Assembly: GCA_036490295.1 (NCBI GenBank)
Contig: DASXED010000032.1
Location: 2,060-66,059 of the forward strand
From: Verrucomicrobiia bacterium
GTDB taxonomy: Bacteria > Verrucomicrobiota > Verrucomicrobiia > Limisphaerales > UBA11358
Length of the DNA: 64,000 nt
Reading direction: 5' to 3'
Each line of letters begins with the position of its first letter. The first letter of the stretch is position 1. A model generated the notes under the pieces. It saw nothing but the letters and a program-made list of their open reading frames with translations. It did no database searches and was not told the origin of the DNA. This document shows, in pieces, positions 53,969-62,636 of the stretch. A program made the position numbers and the translations under genes.

Positions 53969-56095
53969 ATGTCCGAAAAAATATCCGCCCAACTGGGCGA
54001 CAAACAGATCATCATCGAAACCGGCAAGCTCGCCAAACAGGCCGACGGAGCCGTGACCGTCCAACTCGGCGAAACCATCGTCATCGTCGCCGCCGTAGCC
54101 GCGACGAAGGCCAAACCCGGCCAGGATTTTTTTCCGCTGACCGTTGATTACCGCGAAAAAGCCGCCGCCGCCGGAAAATTTCCGGGTGGTTATTTCAAAC
54201 GCGAAGGTCGTCCGACCGAAAAAGAAATTCTTACCTGCCGTTTGACCGATCGCCCGATTCGTCCGCTGTTTCCGAAAGGCTGGTATAACGAAGTTCAAGT
54301 CCAGACCGTGCTGTTGAGTGCGGACGGTGAAAACGATCCGGATATTTTGAGCATCATCGGCGCGAGCGCGGCGTTGATGGTCAGCGATATTCCGTGGGCC
54401 GGGCCGCTTGGCGCAGTTCGCGTTGGTCGCATCGGCGGAAAATTTGTCGCAAATCCGACTCATGCGGAAATGGCCGAGAGCGATTTGGATTTGGTTTACG
54501 TCGGCAACGACAAGGACATCGTGATGTATGAAGGCGCGGCCAAAGAGATCACCGAAGCTGATTTCAACGCCGCATTAAAATACGCACAGGAAGTCATCCA
54601 GCCAATCATTGCCGCACAAAAGGAATTGGTTGCGAAGGCTGGCAAGAAGAAACGCGAAATCACGCTGAACATTGTTCCCGACGAAATTCTTCACGAAGCC
54701 AAAAATCTTGCGGGAGATCGTTTCGTTCCCGCGTTGCTCACGCACGGCAAACTCGCGCGCGAAGCGGCGGTCAAGGCGATTCAGGACGAAGTCGGCAAGA
54801 AGCTCGTCGAAAAATTCGGCGCGGAAAAAGTCACCGAGTTCGTCATCAAGGACGCCTTTTACTACATCCAGAAAGAAGCCGTTCGCAAATTGATTTTGGA
54901 AAGCGGCAAACGCCTTGACGGTCGCACCTTTGATGTCGTGCGCCCGATTTCAAGCGAAGTCGGAATTCTGCCGCGCGCCCACGGCTCGGCGATTTTCTCA
55001 CGCGGCGAAACGCAGGCTGTCACGCTTGCCACGCTCGGAACCGGCGATGACACGCAGGAATTTGATTCTTACACCGGCGGCGAGACCGAGAAGAAATTCA
55101 TTTTGCATTACAATTTCCCGAATTTCTCCGTCGGCGAAACCGGGCGCATCAGCGGCCCCGGCCGGCGCGAAATCGGCCACGGCGCTTTGGCGGAACGCTC
55201 GATTGAATCCATGTTGCCGAAGGATTATCCCTACGCCGTCCGCGTGACGAGTGAGATCATGGAATCCAACGGCTCGACTTCGATGGCGAGCGTTTGCGGC
55301 GGCACGCTGGCGCTCATGGATGCAGGCGTCCCGATGATCCGTCCGGTGGCGGGCATCAGCGTCGGCATTTGCGCCGAATACAGCGGCGAGAAAATTTCCA
55401 AATACCAGTTACTCACCGACATCATTGGCTGGGAAGATCATTACTGCGACATGGATTGCAAAATTGCGGGAACGGAAAAAGGCATCACCGGTTTTCAATT
55501 GGATTTGAAATTGAAAGGCATTCCGTTTGCGCTCATGGTTGAGACGGTTGAAAAAGCCCGCGTCGCGCGGATGCACATTCTCGCTGAAATGGCAAAAACT
55601 TTGGCCGCGCCGCGCACGGAATTGAGCAAATACGCGCCGCGCATCGAGATCGTGAAGATTAATCCTGAAAAAATCGGCGCGCTCATCGGGCCGGGCGGAA
55701 AAAACATCAAACGCCTCGTCGAAGAATCCGGTTGCGAAATCAACATCGAGGACGACGGCACGGTGAACATTTTCTCCGTGTCGCCCGAAGGCATGAAGAT
55801 TGCGAAGGATGCCATCACTGGCATGACGGCGGAAGCCGAGATTGGCAAAATTTATCGCGGCAAGGTTGTCACGGTGAAGGAATTCGGCGCGTTCGTTGAA
55901 TTTCTGCCCGGCAAGGACGGCTTGGTTCACATCAGCGAACTGGCGAATTTCCGCGTCAAGAACACCGAGGACATCGTCAAGGTCGGCGACGACATCACCG
56001 TCAAATGCCTTGGCGTGGACGAAAAAGGCCGCGTGCGTCTCTCGCGCAAAGCCGCGATGGAAGACCGCGATCAGGAGATGGCTCCGAAGTCGTAA
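53969..56095 (+). CDS. pnp: polyribonucleotide nucleotidyltransferase (PNPase)
   Basis: 708 aa with two RNase PH domains, a KH domain ([11 protein letters not shown]) and an S1 domain ([15 protein letters not shown]). Confidence 0.96.
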   Translation: MSEKISAQLGDKQIIIETGKLAKQADGAVTVQLGETIVIVAAVAATKAKPGQDFFPLTVDYREKAAAAGKFPGGYFKREGRPTEKEILTCRLTDRPIRPLFPKGWYNEVQVQTVLLSADGENDPDILSIIGASAALMVSDIPWAGPLGAVRVGRIGGKFVANPTHAEMAESDLDLVYVGNDKDIVMYEGAAKEITEADFNAALKYAQEVIQPIIAAQKELVAKAGKKKREITLNIVPDEILHEAKNLAGDRFVPALLTHGKLAREAAVKAIQDEVGKKLVEKFGAEKVTEFVIKDAFYYIQKEAVRKLILESGKRLDGRTFDVVRPISSEVGILPRAHGSAIFSRGETQAVTLATLGTGDDTQEFDSYTGGETEKKFILHYNFPNFSVGETGRISGPGRREIGHGALAERSIESMLPKDYPYAVRVTSEIMESNGSTSMASVCGGTLALMDAGVPMIRPVAGISVGICAEYSGEKISKYQLLTDIIGWEDHYCDMDCKIAGTEKGITGFQLDLKLKGIPFALMVETVEKARVARMHILAEMAKTLAAPRTELSKYAPRIEIVKINPEKIGALIGPGGKNIKRLVEESGCEINIEDDGTVNIFSVSPEGMKIAKDAITGMTAEAEIGKIYRGKVVTVKEFGAFVEFLPGKDGLVHISELANFRVKNTEDIVKVGDDITVKCLGVDEKGRVRLSRKAAMEDRDQEMAPKS

Positions 56096-56115
56096 TCGCA
56101 AATTTAATTCATCAA

Positions 56116-56150
56116 GCGCGAACGGCGAAAGCTGTTCGCGTTTTTTATTT
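56116..56150 (+). terminator. candidate intrinsic terminator after pnp
   Basis: Hairpin gcgaacggc-gaaa-gctgttcgc with one mismatch, followed by gttttttatttt. Confidence 0.55.
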
Positions 56151-56182
56151 TGCCGGCTTGGAAACTCCTTTACGCGCCTGCG

Positions 56183-58012
56183 TCACTGCGGATTGGCGGA
56201 AAGCCAGAAGCGGATGTCCGTCGCCTGCGGATTGCGCGGGTCGAGTTGCAGCACTTTCAAATAATGCGCCCGCGCCCGCGCCGGGTCGTTCAATTGCTGC
56301 GCGTAAAGATTGCCCAGCGCCAGGTGCGCGCGGGTTTCGTCCGGGTTCGAGGCCAGGATTTTTTCCAATTCGTCCACCGCGTCGGGCGCGTAGCCCGCCG
56401 CCTTGAGCGCGAGCGCGAAATTGTAGCGCGCGTCCGCCGAATCGGGCCGGATGGCCAGCGCCATTTCGTAAGCCGCCAGCGAACGGGGAAAATCCCGCAG
56501 CCGATACGCCAGCACGCCGTAATTGTATTGCGCCTCAAACCAGCCCGGATCCAGTTTCGCCGCCTGTTGATACGATTTCATCGCCTGCGCGAGCTGTTGT
56601 TTCTGCTCGAACTGCTGCGCCTCGGCAAACGCGCGAGCGGCGGATTTTCGGTCGCCCGCGCGCGGCTGGCGCGGCGAAAGATACAAGTATCGCGGAAACG
56701 ACGGCGGCGCGGAGGGAACAATGTGAATCGGCGGCTGCGGCGCGACGGACTGTTGAACCACCGGCGAAGGCGCAAACGAACTTGAAACCGCCGCCGCATT
56801 TGTCTTTGACGACGGCAACGGCGTTGAACTGACGCGGTCGTTCGCGGAATCCGGCGGCGGCAGAGGCGTCACTTCATTTACATCAAATTTTTTCTCTGGC
56901 GCGGAAGAATGGAACCAGTTCAACGGATTGAACCGCGAAGGTTCCGGCTGCGGCGGCGTTTGATCCGCCGGCAGTTCGGCGTAGACCGGCGGTTTTACCG
57001 TCGGCGCAGCCGGGCGCGGCGTGGTGACGATGACAGGCTCCGGCTGGACTTTCACAACTTGCACCGGCGCGGGCGGCGATGTTCGCGGCGGCGGAGTGTA
57101 ATTGTTGCGAACCACCGGCGTCGTTTTTGGCGGCAAGGTTGCGCGAACGACGACGGTCGTTTGCGTTCGCGTTTCGACTGCGGCGGGAATTGTTGGCGGC
57201 GCGGTTTGATTTTGATTCGGCGGCGGTTGAGTCGCGGCGACCACCGCTGGCCGTTCCAAATCACTGACAATGGCGTTCACTTCGTCCCAATTCGCCGGGC
57301 GCGGCGTCAGCGCGAGATACGCGCGGTAATTTTCCAGCGCCAGTTTGTCGTCGCGCAAATGTTCGTGCGCCACTGTCGCCAGATTCAAAATGGCCGGCGC
57401 GTAATCGGGATGATAGCGGATGGCGGCGGCGAAAAATTGCGCCGCCTCGCGCGGGCGGTCGCGCTGCACGCGCGCGAGTCCCAAACCGTTCAACGCCTCG
57501 GCGTTGTTCGGATTGAGATTCAACGCGGTGCTGAAACTTTTTTCCGCCGACGCCAAATCCTGCAAACGAAGTTGCGCCGAACCGAGCTTGAGCCAGCCCG
57601 CCGGATCGTTGCCACGGCGGAGCGCGTAAGCCGTGAATTCATTATTGGCCGCGTCGGGTTTGTTTTGCTCCAGCCACAGGCAGCCGAGATTGTAATGCGC
57701 CTCCGTCAAATCGCGGTCGAGAGTCAGCGCGCGCTCGTAAGCTTTCGCCGCGTCGTCGGGCTGGCCGTCGCGTTGCAGCGCGACGCCGTAATAATTCCAC
57801 GCCTGCGCGTTCGCGGGCAGCAGCAAAGTGGCGGTTTTCAATTCCTCAACCGCGCCCGCGTAATCGCCGCGCTCCAGGAGTTTTTTGCCGTTGAGCAGCG
57901 CGCGCGGCCCCGGCGGCGCGCAGCCCGCAAGGAAAATGGCGGCGGCAATAAAAACAATTGCCCCGCCGCGAATCCGATTTTTTTTTGCCAGCATCCGCAT
58001 TGGTGTTAGCAT
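56183..58012 (-). CDS. TPR-repeat lipoprotein with a Pro-rich central linker
   Basis: 609 aa with the lipobox-like FLAGC. TPR repeats occur at both ends (AWNYYGVALQRDG..., AQYNYGVLAYRLRD...). Confidence 0.8.
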   Translation of the reverse strand: MLTPMRMLAKKNRIRGGAIVFIAAAIFLAGCAPPGPRALLNGKKLLERGDYAGAVEELKTATLLLPANAQAWNYYGVALQRDGQPDDAAKAYERALTLDRDLTEAHYNLGCLWLEQNKPDAANNEFTAYALRRGNDPAGWLKLGSAQLRLQDLASAEKSFSTALNLNPNNAEALNGLGLARVQRDRPREAAQFFAAAIRYHPDYAPAILNLATVAHEHLRDDKLALENYRAYLALTPRPANWDEVNAIVSDLERPAVVAATQPPPNQNQTAPPTIPAAVETRTQTTVVVRATLPPKTTPVVRNNYTPPPRTSPPAPVQVVKVQPEPVIVTTPRPAAPTVKPPVYAELPADQTPPQPEPSRFNPLNWFHSSAPEKKFDVNEVTPLPPPDSANDRVSSTPLPSSKTNAAAVSSSFAPSPVVQQSVAPQPPIHIVPSAPPSFPRYLYLSPRQPRAGDRKSAARAFAEAQQFEQKQQLAQAMKSYQQAAKLDPGWFEAQYNYGVLAYRLRDFPRSLAAYEMALAIRPDSADARYNFALALKAAGYAPDAVDELEKILASNPDETRAHLALGNLYAQQLNDPARARAHYLKVLQLDPRNPQATDIRFWLSANPQ

Positions 58013-58069
58013 CCGCGCCCTAAAGTGTCAAGAATCGCACAAACTTGGTTCCGTCATAATTGCAATCCT

Positions 58070-58121
58070 GATCGTAATCTTAAAATGGATTACGACGAAG
58101 ATTACGATTACGATCATGATT
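58070..58121. repeat. GATTAC/GTAATC hexamer-rich motif upstream of or overlapping the gene start
   Basis: gatcgtaatc ... ggattacgacgaagattacgattacgatcatgatt. The segment gatcgtaatc is the exact complement of gattacgatc. Confidence 0.45.
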
Positions 58122-59192
58122 AAAATGCGACAACAGATTCAATTTGTCCGGGCTTTTGGTCGGCTCCCATTGATGCTGGCCACCCTTTGCCTGGCAACTT
58201 TGCCGGCTCAAGCCTCCGGTTTGTTCCTGAATCATTCCACCAATGCGCCGGTGCGCGTCATCATGGTCGAAAATCCAAAAGCCACCGCCGATTTTCAGCC
58301 GGACGCCGCGCGCGTGCAGAAAATGGTTGACTGCGGAATCACAAATCTCACCGGCAACGCACAAATCATCGGAGCGTGGCGCAGCCTTGTCTCGACGCAG
58401 GACATTGTCGGCATAAAAGTTTTTTCCGCCGCCGGACAAATCAGCGGCACGCGGCCAATCGTCGTCGCAGCCGTGATTCACGGATTGCTTGATGCGGGAT
58501 TGCCGCCGACAAATATAATCATCTGGGACAAGCACGCCGACGATTTGCGCGCCGCCGGATTTTTCAGGCTCGCCGCGCAACTCGGCGTGCGCGTCGCGGG
58601 CGCGGCGGAAGCCGGTTACGACCCGACGAATTTTTACCTGCCGGACACCGCCATCATCGGCAATCTGATTTATGGCGATTTGGAATTTGGAGAAAAGGGC
58701 AAAGGCGTCGGGCGAAAATCCTTTGTCTCGAAACTCGTCAGCCGGCAAATCACCAAAATCATTTCCGTCGCGCCGCTGCTGAACGAAAATGAAATCGGCG
58801 TCAGCGGACAACTTTACAGCCTCGCGCTCGGCGGCGTGGACAACACGTTCCGTTTTGAAAACGACGCCGACCGCCTCGCCACCGCCGTGCCGGAGATTTA
58901 CGCGCTGCCCGCGCTCGGCGACCGCGTCGCGCTCGACATCACCGACGCGCTCATCGGCCAATACGAGGGCAGTTCGCGCGGGCTGTTGCAGTATTCGTTC
59001 GTGCTGAACCAGCTTTGGTTCAGCCGCGACCCCGTCGCGCTCGACACGCTGGCCGTCAAGGAACTTGACCGCGAACGCCGCATTTTTGGCGGGCCGGAAT
59101 TCAAGCCCGACCTCGAACTTTACGCCAACGCCGCCCTGCTCCAGCTCGGCGTGAACGACACGAATAAAATCCAGGTGGAGAAAATTAAATGA
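58116..59192 (+). CDS. exported DUF362-like protein
   Basis: The start is placed at MIKMRQQ (ATG at 58116), followed by a signal peptide (ATLPAQASG). The segment VGIKVFSAAGQISGTRPIVVAAVIHGLLDAGLPPTNIIIWD resembles DUF362. Confidence 0.45.
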   Translation: MIKMRQQIQFVRAFGRLPLMLATLCLATLPAQASGLFLNHSTNAPVRVIMVENPKATADFQPDAARVQKMVDCGITNLTGNAQIIGAWRSLVSTQDIVGIKVFSAAGQISGTRPIVVAAVIHGLLDAGLPPTNIIIWDKHADDLRAAGFFRLAAQLGVRVAGAAEAGYDPTNFYLPDTAIIGNLIYGDLEFGEKGKGVGRKSFVSKLVSRQITKIISVAPLLNENEIGVSGQLYSLALGGVDNTFRFENDADRLATAVPEIYALPALGDRVALDITDALIGQYEGSSRGLLQYSFVLNQLWFSRDPVALDTLAVKELDRERRIFGGPEFKPDLELYANAALLQLGVNDTNKIQVEKIK

Positions 59193-59197
59193 TTTTT

Positions 59198-59270
59198 GTA
59201 GCAGTCAACGTGAGTTGGCTCATAATTTTTCTGATAATTTTAATTGGAGCGGACTAACGTCCGCTGCTAC
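59198..59270. repeat. paired-hairpin palindromic element (GTAGCAG subtype), intergenic
   Basis: GTAGCAGTCAACGTGAGTTGGCTCA is followed by GGAGCGGACTAACGTCCGCTGCTAC. A half-unit lies at 59287-59310. Confidence 0.75.
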
Positions 59271-59454
59271 GAAGGTTTTGGCTTTGACCCGTAGTTGAAA
59301 CTGCGGGCTATTTTTGGACGCCGCTTTGCGGCTTCTAATGGATTTTGAAATCTCGGTGCAAATGCGCTGGACTGTAACTTGATGGCGAAATATATTTCAA
59401 AACGTGAAACGAGATAAACTGCAAAATGCGCCGTCGAATCCTTGTTAGACGACT

Positions 59455-59805
59455 ATGCCATTACCGCTTCCACCAAAAAGTGAAGCCTTGCGGCGCACGA
59501 TTGCGCGCAGTCACAACCTTCGCCTTTTTGTCCATTTGCTAGTTATGATTCCGTTTTTGGCTGGACTCATTTTTGCTAGGAATCACGCTCCAACGTGGTT
59601 GTTTGTAGGTATTGCCATTTTGACATTTTTGGTTTTCATTTATGGGCATATTTACTTGAACCGACTCGATATTCGGCAGTCTGTCGCCATAGGATTTGTC
59701 TGTCCGCTGTGTGGTGCCGGCCTTTATTGCGGCAACGTAACAAGATTGTGGGATCGCGGAGAGTGTCCGCACTGCAAGCAAACCATTGTTGATAAGCTCC
59801 AATAA
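59455..59805 (+). CDS. hypothetical membrane protein with a C-terminal CxxC...CxxC zinc-ribbon-like motif
   Basis: 116 aa with two TM segments, then CPLCG...CPHCK. Confidence 0.4.
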   Translation: MPLPLPPKSEALRRTIARSHNLRLFVHLLVMIPFLAGLIFARNHAPTWLFVGIAILTFLVFIYGHIYLNRLDIRQSVAIGFVCPLCGAGLYCGNVTRLWDRGECPHCKQTIVDKLQ

Positions 59806-60007
59806 GTCGCCTAAAAACTTAATAGGCTACAAAACTTTCACACCTTTCAGACTTTTCCGTCCGCAGTTTTGATTCCGGCCATCGCGTTTTGCGAGAGGCG
59901 CGCGGCTTCATAAATTCTTCGCGGAGAATTTCCCCCGGATGAACCGGCGTCAGTTTGTTCGTTTTCATAATGTTCAATGGTAAATGATTAAATGAGTTTT
60001 AAGAAAG

Positions 60008-60082
60008 TGGCGACCCTATCGGGAATCGAACCCGAGCTACCGCCGTGAAAGGGCAGTGTCCTAACCGCTAGACCATAGGGTC
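60008..60082 (-). tRNA. tRNA-Glu (anticodon UUC)
   Basis: 75-nt cloverleaf, read as the reverse complement: GACCCTA TG GTC TAGCGGTTA GGAC A CTGCC CTTTCAC GGCGG TAGC TCGGG TTCGATT CCCGA TAGGGTC G CCA. It closely parallels bacterial tRNA-Glu. Confidence 0.92.
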
Positions 60083-60146
60083 GTCAAAGAGCGCGCCAAT
60101 ATAATCATCTTTCAACCGCTGTCACGCAAATTTCAAATCATTATGC

Positions 60147-60228
60147 GTAGCAGCCGGCGTGAGTCGGCTCATTTTTTCCTTTTTCCACTGAAATTCAAAA
60201 GTCAGAGCGAACTCACGTTCGCTGCTAC
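60147..60228. repeat. paired-hairpin palindromic element (GTAGCAG subtype), intergenic
   Basis: GTAGCAGCCGGCGTGAGTCGGCTCA (60147-60171) and AGAGCGAACTCACGTTCGCTGCTAC (60204-60228). Confidence 0.78.
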
Positions 60229-60283
60229 AAACTTCACGTTTGCCTCGACCCGCTTTTTGAAATACGTTGGCAGCCGATTTCGC

Positions 60284-61150
60284 ATGAAAATTTTTATTGA
60301 TGGCAAATATCTCGACGAGCGCGACGCAAAAATCTCCGTGTTCGACCACGGATTGCTTTATGGCGACGGAATTTTTGAAGGCATCCGCGCCTACAACGGC
60401 CGCGTGTTCAAATTGAAGGAACACATTGACCGGTTGTTTTATTCCGCCAAAGCGATCCTGCTCGAAATTCCTTTGTCACATTCAGCCTTGATGAAAGCGA
60501 CGATTGAAACTTGCCGGAAAAATAAATTGCGCGATGGCTACATTCGTCTCGTCGTGACGCGCGGTGTGGGAAATCTCGGACTTAATCCGCGCAATTGCAA
60601 AAAGCCATCGGTGATTATCATCGCGGGCAAGATTCAGGTTTATCCGCCGGCACTTTACGCGCGCGGCATGGACATCGTGACCGTGCCGACGGTGCGCAAT
60701 CTGCACAGCGCGCTCAATCCGGCCATTAAGTCGCTAAATTATCTCAACAACATTCTTGCCAAAATCGAGGCGAACAACGCGGGCGTCGAGGAAGCGGTGA
60801 TGCTGAACGCCGAAGGTTTCGTGGCCGAATGCACGGCGGACAATCTGTTCATCGTGAAGAACGGCGAGCTGTTCACGCCGCCGCTTTCGGCGGGTGCGCT
60901 TTACGGCATCACCCGGCAGACGGTGATCGAACTGGCGCAGGAAGCCGGCCTGAAAGTTTCCGAGCCGAACCTGACGCGTTACGATCTGTTCAACGCGGAC
61001 GAATGTTTTCTGACCGGCACGGGCGCGGAACTGATTCCAGTGGTGAAGATTGACGGGCGCGTCATCGGCAGCGGCAAGCCGGGCGCACTCACGCGCAAGC
61101 TCGTGGCCGATTACCGCGCCTTGACGAAAGTCTCCGGCGAGCCGATTTGA
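60284..61150 (+). CDS. ilvE: branched-chain-amino-acid aminotransferase (fold type IV)
   Basis: The start is placed at MKIFIDGKY (ATG at 60284). Other motifs are VFDHGLLYGDGIFEGIRAY and IKSLNYLNNILAK. Confidence 0.9.
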   Translation: MKIFIDGKYLDERDAKISVFDHGLLYGDGIFEGIRAYNGRVFKLKEHIDRLFYSAKAILLEIPLSHSALMKATIETCRKNKLRDGYIRLVVTRGVGNLGLNPRNCKKPSVIIIAGKIQVYPPALYARGMDIVTVPTVRNLHSALNPAIKSLNYLNNILAKIEANNAGVEEAVMLNAEGFVAECTADNLFIVKNGELFTPPLSAGALYGITRQTVIELAQEAGLKVSEPNLTRYDLFNADECFLTGTGAELIPVVKIDGRVIGSGKPGALTRKLVADYRALTKVSGEPI

Positions 61151-61205
61151 ATTGCGTGAATCGTTAAATCGTTGCATTGTTGAGTTGGAAAAGTGAAAGC
61201 TAAAA

Positions 61206-61255
61206 CTGTAGGAACAATACAAACTGTAGGAACAATACAAATTGTAGGAACAATT
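61206..61255. repeat. 18-nt tandem repeat, 2.8 copies
   Basis: ctgtaggaacaatacaaa occurs twice, then ttgtaggaacaatt. The repeat ends immediately at the ATG at 61256. Confidence 0.85.
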
Positions 61256-61693
61256 ATGAAACGGCCAATCTCATTGACAATCGTTGGCACGGTTTGGTTT
61301 TTGTTTGGGCTGCTCGGCGCAGTCAGCGAGTCTATTCAGACGCATGGCCTTGCAATACCCGGCTCCAATTTCATCAACCTTTTAGTTGGAGTCGGGCTTT
61401 TGAAAGGTTGGCGCATTTGCCGCTTGTATGCTTTTTTTGTCAGCGGGATTACCTTTGTCTTTATGTTGCCTTTTGCCGTTTGGGCGGTTTTCAATTCGGG
61501 TGAATTAGTTTATCGGTTTCCAATTGAATTGATGAGGGATCAAAGACCGCATGAGGCAACTTCACCGGCAATAATTATTTTGTTCTTTGTGAGCGGGCTG
61601 ATCATTTCCGGCTGGATGTTTTATGTTTTGAATCGTCAGGATGTTCGAGAATTTTTTCAGCACAAAACCCATTCGCAAACGTTGTCCGTTTAG
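61256..61693 (+). CDS. hypothetical four-TM membrane protein
   Basis: 145 aa counted from MKRPISL, with hydrophobic segments. I recognise no family. Confidence 0.42.
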   Translation: MKRPISLTIVGTVWFLFGLLGAVSESIQTHGLAIPGSNFINLLVGVGLLKGWRICRLYAFFVSGITFVFMLPFAVWAVFNSGELVYRFPIELMRDQRPHEATSPAIIILFFVSGLIISGWMFYVLNRQDVREFFQHKTHSQTLSV

Positions 61694-61855
61694 CGCCGGA
61701 GGCGCGGCATCTTTGTAGTTTTCCGTTCCCAAAAAAGCCAAAGCTCCGTCAGGAGCGGCATCTTCTGAAAATCATTTCGCCGGAATATGCCGCTCCTGAC
61801 GGAGCTAAAAACATTTTTGATTTTCGTTTCTACAAATATGTCGCGCCTACGGCGC
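61693..61855. repeat. nested palindromic composite REP-like element
   Basis: The outer inverted pair is GCGCCGGAGGCGCGGCATCTTTGTAG with CTACAAATATGTCGCGCCTACGGCGC. The inner pair is a perfect 20-nt inverted repeat, AGCTCCGTCAGGAGCGGCAT with ATGCCGCTCCTGACGGAGCT. Confidence 0.8.
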
Positions 61856-61954
61856 TGGATTGCGAACGTGATTGGCCGTTTATTTTTGCAATTTCCACCG
61901 CAACAATGTATTTAACCAAACAGGCAGTTTTATTTTTCCAGAAGAAATAAATTT

Positions 61955-62155
61955 ATGGGACGCATCCGTCGCGGCGGATATATTTTGTTTTGGTGGATTG
62001 GCGACCATGCGCCACGGCACATTCATGTGCGAACGGACAAAGGCAGGAAGCTTGGTCGTATTGATTTGGACACGATGCAAGGATTAGAAAATTGGACACC
62101 GCCCAAAGATTTGGTTAATATAATCGTGGAGTTAAAAGAAAAAGGCCGTTTATGA
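61955..62155 (+). CDS. DUF4160-domain protein
   Basis: 66 aa. The WIGDHAPRHIHV motif matches the DH.PPHFH core of DUF4160. The region is AT-rich. Confidence 0.72.
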   Translation: MGRIRRGGYILFWWIGDHAPRHIHVRTDKGRKLGRIDLDTMQGLENWTPPKDLVNIIVELKEKGRL

Positions 62156-62460
62156 CGCAAACACAGACATTGGCGCGGATGAAAAAACCTTTTGGCACGG
62201 CCAAAATGGTTGACCTCACGGCTGTGCGCTATCTGGCGTGGGAAGATGCCTTTGAAGTGGATTTCGAGGATGGCCTGACCTTTCTCGAACCGCATTCGAC
62301 GATTCGCAAGGCGAACAAAATTTCCGCAAAAGCCGAAGTTGAAAAAGTTGAATTGGAAGATTGGTGCCAGTCCGGTTTCTTCGTCCATTACAACACCGGC
62401 GAAGTGGCGGAAGTTTCGTGGGCGTTCATCCGCGAATTGCCGCCGCGCAAGCAAAAATGA
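62152..62460 (+). CDS. DUF2442-like protein
   Basis: 102 aa with a 4-nt ATGA overlap with the DUF4160 gene. The segment AFEVDFEDGLTF fits the DUF2442 core. DUF4160 and DUF2442 genes are a known pairing. Confidence 0.55.
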   Translation: MTQTQTLARMKKPFGTAKMVDLTAVRYLAWEDAFEVDFEDGLTFLEPHSTIRKANKISAKAEVEKVELEDWCQSGFFVHYNTGEVAEVSWAFIRELPPRKQK

Positions 62461-62633
62461 GCGCAAGCGAAAAAATAAAAGCAGCAAGCAAACTTGCGTT
62501 AAAGCACGACTTGGCAATTGGAATTAAACAATTAAATAAAGGTTATTACCGAGTTTATAGCGACGAGAATTTATTTCAATTGGTCGAAGAAATTAGTCTT
62601 TTCGGTAAGAGACGATTGAAATGCGTTAAATAA
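62457..62633 (+). CDS. small hypothetical protein, third gene of the DUF4160 module
   Basis: 58 aa counted from MSASEKIK. Its ATG overlaps the stop of the previous gene. The DNA is very AT-rich. I recognise no family. Confidence 0.3.
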   Translation: MSASEKIKAASKLALKHDLAIGIKQLNKGYYRVYSDENLFQLVEEISLFGKRRLKCVK

Positions 62634-62636
62634 TTT

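Noticed and set aside
57885-58115. An N-terminal extension of the DUF362-like ORF overlaps the TPR gene start.
   Set aside because: The extension overlaps the 5' end of the TPR gene on the opposite strand and also runs through the GATTAC repeat. A signal peptide follows the internal ATG at 58116.
61693-61900. The DUF4160 module might be flanked by a duplicated host-gene 3' end, as the vapBC and phd-relE cassettes are.
   Set aside because: I compared the 3' end of the 61256-61693 gene with the 62560-62640 region by eye and found no similarity. This module does not share the insertion scar.
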